Shown: positions 37,847-47,885 of the stretch, in pieces
Position numbering within the stretch: position 1 is the stretch's first letter
Layout of the letters: the number at the start of each line of letters is the position of its first letter
From: Pedobacter sp.
Lineage (GTDB): Bacteria; Bacteroidota; Bacteroidia; Sphingobacteriales; Sphingobacteriaceae
Direction of reading: 5' to 3'
DNA: 64,000 nucleotides
Assembly: GCA_014378705.1 (NCBI GenBank)
Contig: JACMND010000066.1
Coordinates: 27,260 to 91,259 of the forward strand
Notes under the pieces: generated by a model
Databases searched by the model: none
Seen by the model: only the letters and a program-made list of their open reading frames with translations
What the model was told of the DNA's origin: nothing
Made by a program: the position numbers and the translations under genes

Positions 37847-38596
37847 TTATAGCATTTTACTACTTGTATGAAATATTTCAAACCGTTCCCAAAACCCATC
37901 CTGTGGAAGAGGTGCAAAAATGTCTACAGGTTCTAACTTTACTGGATGTAAAAAACGCAGTCGGAGAGCATGTAAACAGATACTTTTTTTTAGGCTTCCG
38001 CGAGGATAGCCATATTTATTGTCGCCTACGATCGGACAATTTAAAGTAGATAGCTGAACTCTTATCTGGTGCGGCCGGCCAGTAATTGGGTCGACCTCAA
38101 TCAAATAGTAACCGCCTGTTTCACCAATAAGTTTATAATTTAACTCAGCCCGTTGACTGCCGGGCACTTCCTGATCATAAGCTTTGGTAACATTTTTCTG
38201 TGGATTTTTTACTAACCAATGCACCAGGTTGCCTTCTTCAATTACCGGCCGGTTACGCACTACCGCCCAATACGTTTTTTTCATCTCCCTATCCTTAAAC
38301 TTCCTATTAACTCTGTCAAGAGATTTGCTGGTTTTGGCAAAAAGGATCACCCCACTTACAGGCCTGTCTAACCGATGAACAACACCCAGGAAAGCCCCGT
38401 TTGGTTTATTATATTTCTTAGCGATGTATTTTTTAACTTTTTCGTCCAGAGATTCATCCCCTGTATCGTCCACCTGAACGATATCACCAGCCCTTTTATT
38501 AACCGCAATTAAGTGATTATCTTCAAAAAGAATATCCTGATTGGTTACATCCAAACCTGTCGGGCACTTCATTTTCTTTTCTTCAAACCTATTCAT
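37847..38596 (-). CDS. RluA-family RNA pseudouridine synthase
   Basis: 249 aa with the catalytic motif HRLDRPVSGVILFAKT and the conserved GRPHQIRVQL. Confidence 0.88.
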   Translation of the reverse strand: MNRFEEKKMKCPTGLDVTNQDILFEDNHLIAVNKRAGDIVQVDDTGDESLDEKVKKYIAKKYNKPNGAFLGVVHRLDRPVSGVILFAKTSKSLDRVNRKFKDREMKKTYWAVVRNRPVIEEGNLVHWLVKNPQKNVTKAYDQEVPGSQRAELNYKLIGETGGYYLIEVDPITGRPHQIRVQLSTLNCPIVGDNKYGYPRGSLKKSICLHALRLRFLHPVKLEPVDIFAPLPQDGFWERFEIFHTSSKML

Positions 38597-38656
38597 TAAT
38601 TTTTTCTATAGCTGTGCAACCAATTTGCATATTTAAATATCAACTCATTCGCACAT

Positions 38657-39472
38657 TCAATACTGCTCTTTCTCATTCGGGAAATCAGATTCTTTTACAT
38701 CTTTAACATAAGCCTGTACTGCTTCGTTAATTTGTTCATACAAATTTATATACTGCCTTAAAAATCGGGGATGAAACCCTTTTGTTAAACCTATCATGTC
38801 GTTTATAACCAGTACCTGACCATCACAATCTAAACCGGCACCAATCCCGATGGTTGGGATTTTTACCGAAGCGGTCACTTCTTTAGCCAGCGATGCAGGA
38901 ATTTTTTCTAGTACTACAGAAAAACATCCGGCATCCTGAAGAACCAAAATATCTTCCTTTAACCTTTTGGCTTCAGCTACTTCTTTTGCCCGCACAGAAT
39001 AGGTGCCAAATTTGTATATAGATTGTGGAGTTAAACCTAAATGGCCCATTACCGGGATGCCGGCAGTAATTATCCTTTCGATTGATTCCCGCACCTCCGC
39101 ACCTCCTTCAAGCTTCACCGCATGCGCACCGGATTCTTTCATTATCCGTATTGCTGAATTCAGCGCTTCTTTGGAATTTCCCTGGTAAGATCCAAAAGGC
39201 AGATCAACCACTACCAAGGCACGTTTTACACCCCGAACAACCGATGCAGCATGATAAATCATCTGGTCCAAAGTAATCGGCAGTGTGGTTTCATGTCCGG
39301 CCATTACATTTGAAGCTGAATCACCAACCAGGATCACATCAATACCTCCATCGTCAACAATGGTGGCCATAGAAAAATCGTAGGCGGTTAACATGGCTAT
39401 TTTCTCTCCCTTTAGCTTCATATCCTGAATGCTATTGGTAGTAATGCGTTTTAGTTCTTTATGAACCGACAT
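38657..39472 (-). CDS. panB: 3-methyl-2-oxobutanoate hydroxymethyltransferase
   Basis: 271 aa with [23 protein letters not shown] and AVKLEGG motifs of PanB. Confidence 0.95.
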   Translation of the reverse strand: MSVHKELKRITTNSIQDMKLKGEKIAMLTAYDFSMATIVDDGGIDVILVGDSASNVMAGHETTLPITLDQMIYHAASVVRGVKRALVVVDLPFGSYQGNSKEALNSAIRIMKESGAHAVKLEGGAEVRESIERIITAGIPVMGHLGLTPQSIYKFGTYSVRAKEVAEAKRLKEDILVLQDAGCFSVVLEKIPASLAKEVTASVKIPTIGIGAGLDCDGQVLVINDMIGLTKGFHPRFLRQYINLYEQINEAVQAYVKDVKESDFPNEKEQY

Positions 39473-39574
39473 AGCTTTTTGAGTTGAGTATTTACACCAA
39501 AGGTATATTATGTATTTGAATTGCGCATTTTGTAAAACTGGAATCGACTAAATATAATTACCGTTTTTTATCCC

Positions 39575-39678
39575 GTTAATTTTAGTAAAGCAGGGCTGGT
39601 GCAATTGGCTAATATTAGCCCCGTTATCTGCTGTAGCCCTGATAAAAACAGGGGCTGTCGCTCCTACCGGGTTTATTT
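39575..39678 (+). repeat. Copy B of the dispersed ~105-nt structured intergenic element (panB/carA divergent spacer)
   Basis: GTTAATTTTAGTAAAGCAGGG ... TAGCCCCGTTATCT ... inner hairpin AGCCCTG-ATAAAAA-CAGGGGCT ... CTCCTACCGGGTTTATTT. It has the same architecture as copies A and C, including the bulge immediately 5' of the closing GCT. Confidence 0.7.
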
Positions 39679-39911
39679 ATTTCAAGCCTTTACTCCAAAA
39701 CTTTGCGCAAGTCTTCTAATCATATAATTAATACCGTTTATAACACTTTGATGAAATTGTAAATTTTGTTACCAAATTAAACTTAAAACCTTAGCTTTGA
39801 CCCCCGTGAAGAATGAAGTTTATTTACTTCAAAGTGTTGCCCTAACACTCGCGGATTATTCCGGCAAAACCTCCTTTTTTAAAATTATCTTTTTAACTCA
39901 TCTTACTTTAA

Positions 39912-41012
39912 ATGATTAATTACACCAAATTACCTGCTGTTTTACTTTTAGCCGACGGTACTGTATATCATGGAAAAGCAGCCGGAAAAATCGGTACTAC
40001 TTCTGGTGAAATCTGTTTTAATACGGGCATGACAGGCTATCAGGAGATTTTTACAGATCCCTCCTATTTTGGACAGATCATGGTTACCACCAATGCCCAT
40101 ATTGGAAATTATGGAATCCATCATGATGAAACAGAATCCGGGGCTATAAAAATTGCAGGTTTGGTTTGTAAAAATTTTAACATTACCTACAGCCGCAAAA
40201 TGTCTGAAACATCGATTCAGGATTATTTTCAGGATGAAAATGTCGTAGCAATATCTGATGTGGATACCAGATCTCTGGTTCGTCATATCCGTGATAAAGG
40301 GGCTATGAACGCGATCATTTCATCCGAAATTTTAGATCTGGAAATATTAAAGCAAAAACTACGGGAGGTTCCATCAATGGCCGGCTTGGAATTGTCATCC
40401 CTGGTTTCAACTAAAGAAGCTTACTTTTCCGGTGACGAAAACGGCGGGCTACGGGTTGCAGTATTAGATCTTGGCGTTAAAAAAAATATACTTCGCAATT
40501 TTGATGTGAGAGGCGTTTATGCCAAAATTTTTCCGGCTACAACAACTTTTGAGGAAATGCAAAAATGGAACCCCGACGGGTATTTTATTTCTAATGGTCC
40601 GGGCGATCCAGGGGCAATGCCTTATGCCGTGAATACTGTGAAAGAGATTCTGGACGCGGATAAACCAATGTTCGGTATCTGCCTCGGTCATCAGTTGCTT
40701 GCCCAGGCAAATGATATCGGCACCATGAAAATGTTTAACGGGCACCGCGGATTAAATCATCCCGTAAAAAATATAACTAAGGATCATTGCGAAATGACTT
40801 CTCAAAATCACGGGTTTGGGGTTATCCAGGATGAAGTAAGAAATTCTCAGAGGGTAGAAATTACGCATTTAAATTTAAATGACCAATCTATTGAAGGAAT
40901 ACGAGTGATAGGAAAAAAAGCATTTTCCGTGCAATATCATCCTGAGTCGTCTCCCGGACCACATGATTCCAGGTACTTATTCGATGATTTTGTGGAGATG
41001 ATGAAGAAATAG
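39912..41012 (+). CDS. carA: Carbamoyl-phosphate synthase small (glutaminase) subunit
   Basis: 366 aa with the class I amidotransferase nucleophile GICLGHQLL and the YHPES His/Glu segment. The N-terminal domain is CarA-specific. Confidence 0.95.
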   Translation: MINYTKLPAVLLLADGTVYHGKAAGKIGTTSGEICFNTGMTGYQEIFTDPSYFGQIMVTTNAHIGNYGIHHDETESGAIKIAGLVCKNFNITYSRKMSETSIQDYFQDENVVAISDVDTRSLVRHIRDKGAMNAIISSEILDLEILKQKLREVPSMAGLELSSLVSTKEAYFSGDENGGLRVAVLDLGVKKNILRNFDVRGVYAKIFPATTTFEEMQKWNPDGYFISNGPGDPGAMPYAVNTVKEILDADKPMFGICLGHQLLAQANDIGTMKMFNGHRGLNHPVKNITKDHCEMTSQNHGFGVIQDEVRNSQRVEITHLNLNDQSIEGIRVIGKKAFSVQYHPESSPGPHDSRYLFDDFVEMMKK

Positions 41013-41307
41013 TCAGCAATAAGTTTAAATGTAAGCTTTGTGCTATAGTTTGCGGCTGAAGGTAAAACACGAATGGTCAGGATTAAACTATTCCGATAGA
41101 AACGGGAGCATCACGAGGGATAAATGGGCTATAGTAATTTATCGGGAAGGGGCTTTTTTAAAGCCTTGATTATTCTTTTCCAAATAAAAACAAAAATTTA
41201 AGCAATAGTTTTTAGGTGATTTGTGCTAAAACACAACAATCAGTAGTTAAATTTTACAATTCTATTAAAAACAGTAATTTTGAAGAAGGTTAGTCTTAGT
41301 GTTATAG

Positions 41308-42648
<1,341 letters not shown>

Positions 42649-42863
42649 ATTAAATAAAATTTGGTTAGGTAGATTGTTTAGTATATGTTAATTTGTAGAA
42701 ACTATTTTAGATCTTAATCTGCGTATTTAATTATTAATGTAGTGCCTAACCGATCAGATGCCGTAAACAGTGAATCCGGAGGAATTTACGAGCCGGTACA
42801 AATGGGATTTAATGCCACCTATTTGTTTAGCAAGCTATCCATAAAGTTTTCATATGCATACAC

Positions 42864-42894
42864 ATCCGGGGTTATAAAACACCGGATTTTTTTT
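42864..42894 (+). terminator. Hairpin plus T8 run between eno and the ftsB-like gene
   Basis: ATCCGG (42864-42869) pairs with CCGGAT (42882-42887), followed by TTTTTTTT. The loop is long (12 nt), so this is a weak or partial terminator. Confidence 0.45.
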
Positions 42895-42905
42895 AACTTG
42901 CATCA

Positions 42906-43223
42906 ATGAATAAATTAGTTAATCTTTTTGGTAACAAATATTTTTTAACCACAATCGCATTTGTAGTTTGGATGCTGTTTTTTGACCGCAATGACCTCCT
43001 GTCACAATATGATTATCGCACGGAAGTAGCGAAACTAGAAGCTGAAAAAGATTTTTATATTCTCGAGACAGAGAAAGCAAAAAATGATCTGGACGAGTTA
43101 AGTACAAATAAAGAGAAGCTGGAAAAATTTGCCCGTGAAAAATACCTGATGAAAAAGGAAAATGAGGATGTATTTGTTATTGTGAAGGAAGAGCCCAGGA
43201 AAGAAAAAAAATCGTTCTTTTAG
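42906..43223 (+). CDS. Septum formation initiator (FtsB/DivIC family)
   Basis: 105 aa with one N-terminal TM (FLTTIAFVVWMLFF), then a coiled coil and the conserved FAREKYLMKKENEDVFVI. It follows eno, as in many bacteria. Confidence 0.8.
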   Translation: MNKLVNLFGNKYFLTTIAFVVWMLFFDRNDLLSQYDYRTEVAKLEAEKDFYILETEKAKNDLDELSTNKEKLEKFAREKYLMKKENEDVFVIVKEEPRKEKKSFF

Positions 43224-43275
43224 GGTTGCACTCAATCCCAAATTATCCGCTTTCTTTCAAATAATTTTATTTCAA

Positions 43276-44073
43276 CTACCCACCCAGTTTTTTAAGTATT
43301 TCTACCAGCGATACGGGTGCAGACCATTGAGGATTATGATCTGCTTCCAGTTGTAAAACCGTCCATCTTTTCTTCTTTGCCCGTTCTGCCTGGGTCGCAA
43401 AATCATCAGCCACAGGATTCTTGCCTTTCTCTACAGTGAGTATATAGGTTGTTGGAATTTTTAACCTGCGGCTATTTTTAAGAATAAGCGGATCGGTAAA
43501 AGTTTTAAAAGGATGAGGAACATCTGAAGGAGGCAACTTTCCTGCGGGTACCCAGGGTGGTATCAAAAAACCGTTTACCACCATTATTTTTAGCCCTTCC
43601 GCACGTGATCCTTGTATGCTCATTACACTTTCACCATTTTCAGGCACAAATGCATCCAGGTAAATTAGCTTGGAGATCCTGCCGGGCAAGCTGTCTGCAA
43701 CACCTGTAATTACCATACCACCATAGCTATGGCCAATTAAAATAACATCATGAAGATCTTCAAAAAGGATTGTATTTACCACATCATTTATGTGGGTGCT
43801 TAACCCAACTTCGGTTGTGGCTAAATGCACCCGTTCGCCCTGCCCCGTCAAAGAGGGACGATAAACGACAGCACCTTTTTCTGTAAGCAACGAATCTACT
43901 TTTTTAAATGCCCAGCTCCCGCCCCATGCTCCGTGAACAATTACATAAACCGGTTTAGATGATGACTGGGAGAAAGAAGTTTGAAAAGCACCTGTGAATA
44001 CTAGCAGTAAAAGTAAACGAAAGTAACAGTTTGTAGTTTTGCGACCGTCGGATTTATTAGCAGGAATGTTCAT
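43276..44073 (-). CDS. Secreted alpha/beta-fold hydrolase (esterase)
   Basis: It has the nucleophile elbow GHSYGG and a signal peptide after the Met at 44073 (MNIPANK...LLLLLVFTGAFQTSFSQ). The track ORF extends to 44154. Confidence 0.75.
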   Translation of the reverse strand: MNIPANKSDGRKTTNCYFRLLLLLVFTGAFQTSFSQSSSKPVYVIVHGAWGGSWAFKKVDSLLTEKGAVVYRPSLTGQGERVHLATTEVGLSTHINDVVNTILFEDLHDVILIGHSYGGMVITGVADSLPGRISKLIYLDAFVPENGESVMSIQGSRAEGLKIMVVNGFLIPPWVPAGKLPPSDVPHPFKTFTDPLILKNSRRLKIPTTYILTVEKGKNPVADDFATQAERAKKKRWTVLQLEADHNPQWSAPVSLVEILKKLGG

Positions 44074-44162
44074 CCTTAAAACCGAATTTTTAGTGTTAAC
44101 AAAATTGGAGGCAGAACTCGAGGCCCCGTATATTGCCTTACTGATATCGTGCATAGTTAGCT

Positions 44163-45119
44163 TTAGCTTAGGTTGTTTGTAATTTGATATGCAATTTCAC
44201 GAACATGTTCTTCATCAGTACCGCAACATCCGCCAAATACATTCAGTTGATTTAATGTGTGTTTTAGAATTTTATGCTCATAACCTAGTTCATGCGGATT
44301 CCCTCTGTCTAATACTGTAGCCTCGTCTAATTCAGCGTGGCTTTTACAAGATGAATTTGCCCGAATCCCTTTTATCCGCTTTGTCCATTGCTCATTTTGG
44401 CCATTTTTTAACACCTCTTTAAAGTGTGTTGGGTGTGCACAATTAATCATAAAATACAAAGGAGGTTCCTTTACGCTTGTATCAACTTGCTCAATAACTT
44501 CTTTTAAACTCATTCCTGTAGGTAGCTTGCCATTCGTTTCCACGGTAAAAGAGATTACTACAGGAAGGTTGGCCGCAGCCGCTGCACGAGCAATTCCAAT
44601 AGCTTCTTCTGCATAATTCATTGTAATGGCGGATATCATGTCAACTGGTGTGTGACTAAAAGCTACTATTTGCTCTGAGTGATACTTCTGAGCTTCGTCA
44701 ACAGTCATTAAATTTTCAGGTCGATATCCATCCCCACGAGGACCTACACAGCCACTGATAACAATTGTATTTATTTCAGCCTCAAATTCATTTTTTAAAT
44801 TAACCATTAACTGAATAGCTATTTCGTTAATTTCTGATACTGCTGATTTAGAATAACCAAGTTTTTCAATCCAATCCGGGTTTGCCCGCCATGTTGGGCT
44901 TTCTAAGATAAAACCCATTTTAAGCTCTCTTGCAATTGTCAAATAGCGCTTATAATAATCACTAATCGTGTTGTATCCTTTCTTATCTTTTAATAAATTA
45001 AAAGCTGCAAAGTACGGAAGTTCAAAACCTTCAAGAAAAACCAAAGTTGTTTCAAGTCCACCATCGGTTAAAAATAAATCAGCAGTCTCATTCGGAAGCG
45101 TTGTTTTACCTTTTACCAT
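44163..45119 (-). CDS. Homocysteine S-methyltransferase family protein
   Basis: 318 aa with the Zn-binding GGCCGT near the C-terminus and an ISGCVGPRGDGY segment typical of the Hcy-binding domain. Confidence 0.85.
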   Translation of the reverse strand: MVKGKTTLPNETADLFLTDGGLETTLVFLEGFELPYFAAFNLLKDKKGYNTISDYYKRYLTIARELKMGFILESPTWRANPDWIEKLGYSKSAVSEINEIAIQLMVNLKNEFEAEINTIVISGCVGPRGDGYRPENLMTVDEAQKYHSEQIVAFSHTPVDMISAITMNYAEEAIGIARAAAAANLPVVISFTVETNGKLPTGMSLKEVIEQVDTSVKEPPLYFMINCAHPTHFKEVLKNGQNEQWTKRIKGIRANSSCKSHAELDEATVLDRGNPHELGYEHKILKHTLNQLNVFGGCCGTDEEHVREIAYQITNNLS

Positions 45120-45264
45120 TGGTTAGTTATTGATTGGAAATAATGAAAACACCTTAAGGCAGATCGAGGGAAAATAAACACTTTTCCATCGCCAATACAA
45201 AATTAAAAAAAAGCAAAAGCTTTCATGAAACAGGCCCACCGCTGTTTTTCAAAAACACGAATGT

Positions 45265-46557
45265 TTAATCATTTACAGCCTGACCAACTAATTGTTTAAA
45301 TTTCCAGTTGGTTTCATCATTTGAAATTTCCTGTGTTTGTTTCAATAATATTCCGATAATTTTTTCTTTAGGATCCGCGAAGTAATCGGTGTTAAAATAA
45401 CCTCCCCAGTTAAAAGTACCTAAACTACCCCGGCCACCAAGATCCTGACCTTTCTGATCCAGAACGCCAAAGGCTAAACCATAATACGCCCCAGAATCAC
45501 CCCATAGATTTCCGATTTGATTTGCCATTATAATCCTGACGGTGGTTCTGCTTAACAGACGAACTCCGTTTAATTCGCCATTGTTTAAATACATTTGCAG
45601 AAAAGAGGCGTAATCTTTGGCGGTACTGGAGAGACCGGCACCTCCTGAAAAGAATTTTTTTGCTCCTTTAATCGGATAATCCGGATCGTAAAAAGATTGT
45701 ACCGGAAATTTAATCCATTTATCATCTATTTTAGTTTGAACAGAAACCAATCGGGCAAATTTCGATTCCGGCAAGTAGAACCAGGTATCGTCCATACCCA
45801 AAGGAGTAAATATCCTTTCCTTAAAAAATTGATCTAATGGCTTTCCCGATACTATTTCTACTAAATAACCAAGCACGTCTAAACCTTCGGAATAAGTAAA
45901 CTTTTCTCCGGGTTTGTGATGGAGCGGAAGTTTGGCCAGCTTCTTTATATTCTGTTCAATCGTTACAGGTTCTGTAGTATAAAGATCAACGATCCCTGCT
46001 TTTTTATAGATCTTCTTAAATTTAGCATCCCCATCAATAACTCCGTATCCGATACCTGAAGTATGTGTCAGCAAATGACGAATTGTAATTGGTTTATCGG
46101 TAGGCTTGCTTGTATAGGTCGAATCCTTTTCATTTAAAGAATCCAGAATATGAGCGTTTTTAAACTCTGGAATGTATTTTGAAATCGGATCATCCAATTG
46201 AAATTTCCCTTCTTCCCAAAGCATCATGATGGCTGTTGAGGTAATCGCTTTAGTTTGAGATGCGATCCTAAATATATCATCACGCTTCAAAATTCTTTTA
46301 GATTCGTTGTCAGCCATTCCAAAGGCTTTATAATAAACAATCTTCCCGTTTCTGGCAATCAGCGCAACAGCTCCTGGAATTTGTTTTTCCTTAATCGCAT
46401 TATTTAAAACAACGTCTATGCGGGCCAGGCGTTCAGGCGACATTCCTTCGGCACTTGCTGAATTCTCTGAAAGCGGACTTGATATTTTAATTGATTTTGT
46501 TTGGGAAAAGCTTGTCAGTGCGAAAACTGAGATAAAGAAGGTTAAGATGTATTTCAT
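45265..46557 (-). CDS. Serine hydrolase (class C beta-lactamase / penicillin-binding-protein-like family), secreted
   Basis: 430 aa with a signal peptide. It has the SxxK motif SQTK and the downstream YSE and GGAGL segments. Confidence 0.82.
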   Translation of the reverse strand: MKYILTFFISVFALTSFSQTKSIKISSPLSENSASAEGMSPERLARIDVVLNNAIKEKQIPGAVALIARNGKIVYYKAFGMADNESKRILKRDDIFRIASQTKAITSTAIMMLWEEGKFQLDDPISKYIPEFKNAHILDSLNEKDSTYTSKPTDKPITIRHLLTHTSGIGYGVIDGDAKFKKIYKKAGIVDLYTTEPVTIEQNIKKLAKLPLHHKPGEKFTYSEGLDVLGYLVEIVSGKPLDQFFKERIFTPLGMDDTWFYLPESKFARLVSVQTKIDDKWIKFPVQSFYDPDYPIKGAKKFFSGGAGLSSTAKDYASFLQMYLNNGELNGVRLLSRTTVRIIMANQIGNLWGDSGAYYGLAFGVLDQKGQDLGGRGSLGTFNWGGYFNTDYFADPKEKIIGILLKQTQEISNDETNWKFKQLVGQAVND

Positions 46558-46746
46558 TCCTTTTTTGTTTTGATTTGTTTTGTAACCTGTAATTTAATGT
46601 TCAAGATAAGTTAAATCCTTTAGTGAGATTTTTTTTTATTTTAAAGTTTCAACACTTTTTTTCTAAATAGATTTTTTGAATTTCCGGCGACAAAGAATTA
46701 TATATTTTAAAAAGCTAACCACTAATAAATAAGGTCTGGCAATTAT

Positions 46747-46777
46747 CCGGAGATGCCGTGCCCGGCATAACAAACCG
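46747..46777 (+). repeat. GC-rich hairpin element D (downstream flank of the MBL gene)
   Basis: CCGGAGATGCCGTGCCCGGCATAACAAACCG contains the stem ATGCCG/CGGCAT and is related to 47828-47861. Confidence 0.45.
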
Positions 46778-46819
46778 TAGTTTTAAGCCCAGGTTAATGG
46801 TTGCAATTTTAATACACAC

Positions 46820-47722
46820 TTAGTTTGCCTTAACAGGTGTTACAATGAACTTACCCAAAACCTTTCGATTTGGATATTCACCAGCTTTCTTTAACGTTTC
46901 ATTTAATAATTTAAGGTCCTTTATTTTTAGGGGAAGTATTTGTTCATTCGGCTGATAGGTTGTACCGGTTGTATAGTCTATTCCCCGGGTTTTTGTCATT
47001 TCTATGTGGTTGCCTAAAATATAAGAAACCTTATGTTTTTGAGTAAAGTCAGTTAGTCGTTCAATGCTTAGTTTATAAGATTTCCAATCTTCAATATATA
47101 ACCTGCCCGGATAAAAGCTATCTCCTGTAAAAAGTATTTTCGTTTCATGATCATAAAGTGCGATGGATGATTTTTCGTGTCCCGGAATTGGAAGCACATC
47201 CACAATTCGATTACCTAAATTGATGATACCTTTGCCGGAAGGCCAATTAATTATGTTGAAGAAAGATTTAAGATCATTTACTCCTAATCCAACAACAATC
47301 GTTTTTGATTTATTCCTGAACTGGTTGTCGCCGGCAATATGATCGCCATGCGCATGAGTATGTGCGACGATGAGCTCCACTTCATTGTGTGCCTGCTCCC
47401 ATTTATCAACTATTTTTTTTACTGCATCATACAATGGAAATAACTTTTCATCTTCCGTTGCACCCGTATCCATTAACAATGCTTTCTTATCACCAAACAT
47501 CAAAAATAAAAACGGAGCTTCATAATTGATACACTTGTTCTGTCTTAAAATCCAGGTGTTATCATTTATTTGCATAATTTGAATGGGAAGATCTGCATTT
47601 TGCTTACAATCCGGCGATCCATGATCCCAGGATAGCTTATCAATACGAATTAGGTCTTTTTTAACATTACAAGAAGTTAGTTGTAAAAGGATTACAAATA
47701 AAATAAAAGCCTTCGTAGTCAT
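46820..47722 (-). CDS. MBL-fold metallo-hydrolase, lipoprotein/secreted
   Basis: 300 aa with the motif HTHAHGDH (HxHxDH) and the N-terminal signal LLQLTSC. Confidence 0.85.
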   Translation of the reverse strand: MTTKAFILFVILLQLTSCNVKKDLIRIDKLSWDHGSPDCKQNADLPIQIMQINDNTWILRQNKCINYEAPFLFLMFGDKKALLMDTGATEDEKLFPLYDAVKKIVDKWEQAHNEVELIVAHTHAHGDHIAGDNQFRNKSKTIVVGLGVNDLKSFFNIINWPSGKGIINLGNRIVDVLPIPGHEKSSIALYDHETKILFTGDSFYPGRLYIEDWKSYKLSIERLTDFTQKHKVSYILGNHIEMTKTRGIDYTTGTTYQPNEQILPLKIKDLKLLNETLKKAGEYPNRKVLGKFIVTPVKAN

Positions 47723-47827
47723 ATTTCTGTATTTGAAAAGGGAAAAATTTACTGAGATGACTGTAATTAACCATCATTATTTTATGAAAGATATTCTGTT
47801 GCTTACATCAAGCAAAAAAACAGAATA

Positions 47828-47861
47828 ACCAGATGTCGGGCCAAGCCCGGCAGGACAACCG
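47828..47861 (+). repeat. GC-rich hairpin element E (upstream flank of the MBL gene)
   Basis: ACCAGATGTCGGGCCAAGCCCGGCAGGACAACCG contains the stem TGTCGGGC/GCCCGGCA with one G-U pair. It has the same orientation as element D and the same AGATGyCG...CCCGGCA..ACAA(A)CCG frame. Confidence 0.45.
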
Positions 47862-47885
47862 GAGACCAAACCTAAATTTATTCAT

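Noticed and set aside
39813-39845. 10-codon uORF (MKFIYFKVLP) in the carA leader as a possible attenuation peptide
   Set aside because: There is no enrichment for relevant codons and no convincing alternative terminator/antiterminator hairpins, so it cannot be supported from sequence alone.
42750-42780. Additional AGATGCCG-type matches to hairpin elements D/E (here and near 58086)
   Set aside because: They share only a 7-8-nt seed and lack the CCCGGCA...ACAACCG half and the hairpin. This is consistent with chance.
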